NCBI RefSeq assembly: GCF_001194135.2 | Contig: NC_068988.1 | Span: 93,806,842-93,870,841 of the forward strand | Source of the DNA: Octopus bimaculoides | Lineage: Eukaryota | Length of the DNA stretch: 64,000 nucleotides | Direction of reading: 5' to 3' | Part shown: one piece after another, positions 60,960-64,000 of the stretch | Position numbering within the stretch: position 1 is the first letter of the stretch | How the letters are laid out: the number at the start of each line of letters is the position of its first letter | Notes under the pieces: model-generated | Told to the model about the DNA's origin: nothing | Seen by the model: only the letters and a program-made list of their open reading frames with translations | Database searches by the model: none | Made by a program: the position numbers and the translations under genes

Positions 60960-63586
60960 ATATATATGTGTTTGTATCTATCTATCTATCTATCTATCTA
61001 TATATATATATTACTATGTATATATATGTGTGTATATATGTGTTTGCATATATATATATATATTAATGTCTAGTTCCTGTTATCATTCTTTATGCTTTTG
61101 GAAGACACAAGCAATGATTAGAAAAAAAAAAGAGAAACAGAAGAAATTTTTCAGACCGAACGAACGTCAGTAAACACAGAAGCTGAGGTAGAAAACTTAA
61201 ATAAAAATGGCAAAAATTTCAAAGATATGGATAAGACTCAAGGAGTGGGTGAGGCTGTGACAGAAGAATTGTGAGATGAGCAATAGTTTAATAAAGTGCT
61301 TTTTCAATTCATTGCAATGTCTGCGCCATTGTGATGACGGAACGGATGGCATTGGTGGTGGTGGTGGTTCACTATACGTTTCTAACACTGGTTAATGATA
61401 GAGTAGACAGATTGTATAGAGTCACATATAAGACAAAAAGAGGATGTCATTTTAATAGTATAGTTGCTGAGCTAAGTAGAAAGCATGTATGCATAGTTTG
61501 GGTGAGAAAGCATTAAGTTTATGAAAACCTAAATTACAGTGATAAACATGTTAATTTCTTACATTTTCTCCCTTACAATGTGTTTGCATTTTAAAGTAAA
61601 GCATATGTTGTATATACAGGGTGGGCTTGTTAGGAGGTTGAAAAACTGGAGTAAACAAAAAAGAACAACAAATAAAAAAAATAAAGATGTCTTGGCATGA
61701 ATAAGTGGTTAGATTCACATCTATATACTTTTCTCAGAGGCTCCAGAAGAACTATTTTCAATGAAGAATTTTTTTTAAAAAAAGAAAAAAAAAAATGAAC
61801 GCAAACTGTGCGTATGAAAAGGAAACAAATAAAAAAACTTTTAAAAAGTACAGCAAAGCCAAAAAAAATAAAATAGGAAAGAAAAATTAGTGAAAATAAA
61901 GTAAAAAAAAAATGCAAAATCCATCCCTTCGTGTCTGCCACATGGACAGTGAATATGAAAACTGCACTTTTCTATGCACTCAAGCCATACCCCAACAACA
62001 TGTTCTTATGATAATTTCATAGTTTCATAGTTCATCTTTTAAGTACAACTTACCTGGCAGGTAAAATTGGCATCTTTTAGGAGTTTGTTAAATCAATACT
62101 GTTGGAAGCAAACGGTGATGTATATTTTCAGAAAAAACCCACATAATACATTACTTAGTCTAATTTAGAACAAAATATATCAGTAAAAGTAAACTAAAAG
62201 TAAAAAAAAAAAGAAAAGGTAATATTTTTGGTAATACTAATGTTTTGGAATAAATGTGAAAATTCCAAATTTATCTAAAAATAGAAATCTAATCTGTCTT
62301 GAGCCATATTAGTTCTAAAATACTTCCAGAACAATATACAGAATACATAATAACAATGCCAAAATTATATATACATATATATATATAAAGCTGTATATAT
62401 AAAAATGAATTAAAGGTGATGCTAAGCCATCATCATCATCGTCATCGTTTAACGTCCGCTTTCCATGCTAGCATGGGTTGAACGATTTGACTGAGGACTG
62501 GTGAAACCGGATGGCAACACCAGGCTCCAATCTAATTTGGCAGAGTTTCTACAGCTGGATGCCCTTCCTAATGCCAACCACTCAGAGAGTGTAGTGGGTG
62601 CTTTTACGTGTCACCCGCACGAAAACGGCCACGCTCGAAATGGTGTCTTTTATGTGCCACCCGCACAAGACCCAGTCCAGGGGCACTGGCAACGATCTCG
62701 CTCGAAAACCCTACAAAGGCCAGTCAGGCGGTNNNNNNNNNNNNNNNNNNNNNNNNNNNNNNNNNNNNNNNNNNNNNNNNNNNNNNNNNNNNNNNNNNNN
62801 NNNNNNNNNNNNNNNNNNNNNNNNNNNNNNNNNNNNNNNNNNNNNNNNNNNNNNNNNNNNNNNNNNNNNNNNNNNNNNNNNNNNNNNNNNNNNNNNNNNN
62901 NNNNNNNNNNNNNNNNNNNNNNNNNNNNNNNNNNNNNNNNNNNNNNNNNNNNNNNNNNNNNNNNNNNNNNNNNNNNNNNNNNNNNNNNNNNNNNNNNNNN
63001 NNNNNNNNNNNNNNNNNNNNNNNNNNNNNNNNNNNNNNNNNNNNNNNNNNNNNNNNNNNNNNNNNNNNNNNNNNNNNNNNNNNNNNNNNNNNNNNNNNNN
63101 NNNNNNNNNNNNNNNNNNNNNNNNNNNNNNNNNNNNNNNNNNNNNNNNNNNNNNNNNNNNNNNNNNNNNNNNNNNNNNNNNNNNNNNNNNNNNNNNNNNN
63201 NNNNNNNNNNNNNNNNNNNNNNNNNNNNNNNNNNNNNNNNNNNNNNNNNNNNNNNNNNNNNNNNNNNNNNNNNNNNNNNNNNNNNNNNNNNNNNNNNNNN
63301 NNNNNNNNNNNNNNNNNNNNNNNNNNNNNNNNNNNNNNNNNNNNNNNNNNNNNNNNNNNNNNNNNNNNNNNNNNNNNNNNNNNNNNNNNNNNNNNNNNNN
63401 NNNNNNNNNNNNNNNNNNNNNNNNNNNNNNNNNNNNNNNNNNNNNNNNNNNNNNNNNNNNNNNNNNNNNNNNNNNNNNNNNNNNNNNNNNNNNNNNNNNN
63501 NNNNNNNNNNNNNNNNNNNNNNNNNNNNNNNNNNNNNNNNNNNNNNNNNNNNNNNNNNNNNNNNNNNNNNNNNNNNNNNNNNNNNN

Positions 63587-63627
<41 letters not shown>

Positions 63628-64000
63628 ACATACATACAGACACATATAAGTAACAAAGATACCTATACATCCTTGTTATTTACTTACATTCTGCTCACCT
63701 AATTTTGAAATGTGTGGACTACACCGAACTTCCTCAATTTACCAAATTCAACTGAATCTTAATTATATTATATATATGTGTGTGTGTGTGTGTGTGTATA
63801 AGTAAAGAAAATGGAGAAATCCACAGACAGACATCAATTTATTAATACAAATCCAATATCAAACAACATCAACTTCCTATAACCTGTAATTGTTTCCATG
63901 TTCAATTAATTCAAATATCAAATAATCAAATTAAATTAAATTAAAAATGTAATTTGAATACAGTGAATTGAAAATTTCGTCAGGGTGAGAAACTGACAGA

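Noticed and set aside
62048-62061. U1 snRNA gene
   Set aside because: Only the first 14 nt match, and there are no U1 stem-loops or Sm site. It is better explained as a strong 5' splice site on the opposite strand.
23919-63702. Long ORFs of 190-470 aa at about 24, 30.5, 51, 54, 55, 57 and 62.6 kb
   Set aside because: They consist of X from N-gaps (24032-24643, 30639-31446, 51043-51901, 53968-54535, 55371-55739, 57003-57711, 62733-63586) plus (TA)n/(CA)n translation.

Overview
AT-rich eukaryotic genomic DNA, dense in microsatellites and SINEs, with about 11 N-gaps. Composition, the C2H2 zinc-finger style and the repeat families suggest an octopus/coleoid cephalopod assembly (inference, not verified). 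Host genes I can support: (1) a + strand cytosolic sulfotransferase with four phase-consistent exons (1794-4071), whose last exon is not visible; (2) a - strand tandem C2H2 zinc-finger ORF (10560-11822, 15 finger units) with decayed fingers on both sides; (3) the last two coding exons of UTP11 on the - strand (28165-28275 and 21409-21495). The rest is mostly mobile-element debris: two hAT fragments, several Tc1/mariner derivatives, RTE-type LINE fragments, TTAA MITEs, at least four SINE families and minisatellites. The most interesting signal is a set of Penelope-like element (PLE) termini carrying minimal hammerhead-ribozyme folds. There are five copies of one family (two with an intact core) and two other hammerhead-like families. 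At two loci a tRNA-like Pol III head sits upstream of the hammerhead unit, which suggests a PLE-mobilised, ribozyme-bearing SINE/retrozyme-like element. Most long ORFs in the supplied track are artefacts of N-gaps or simple repeats. All family assignments come from recalled motifs; no database search was run.
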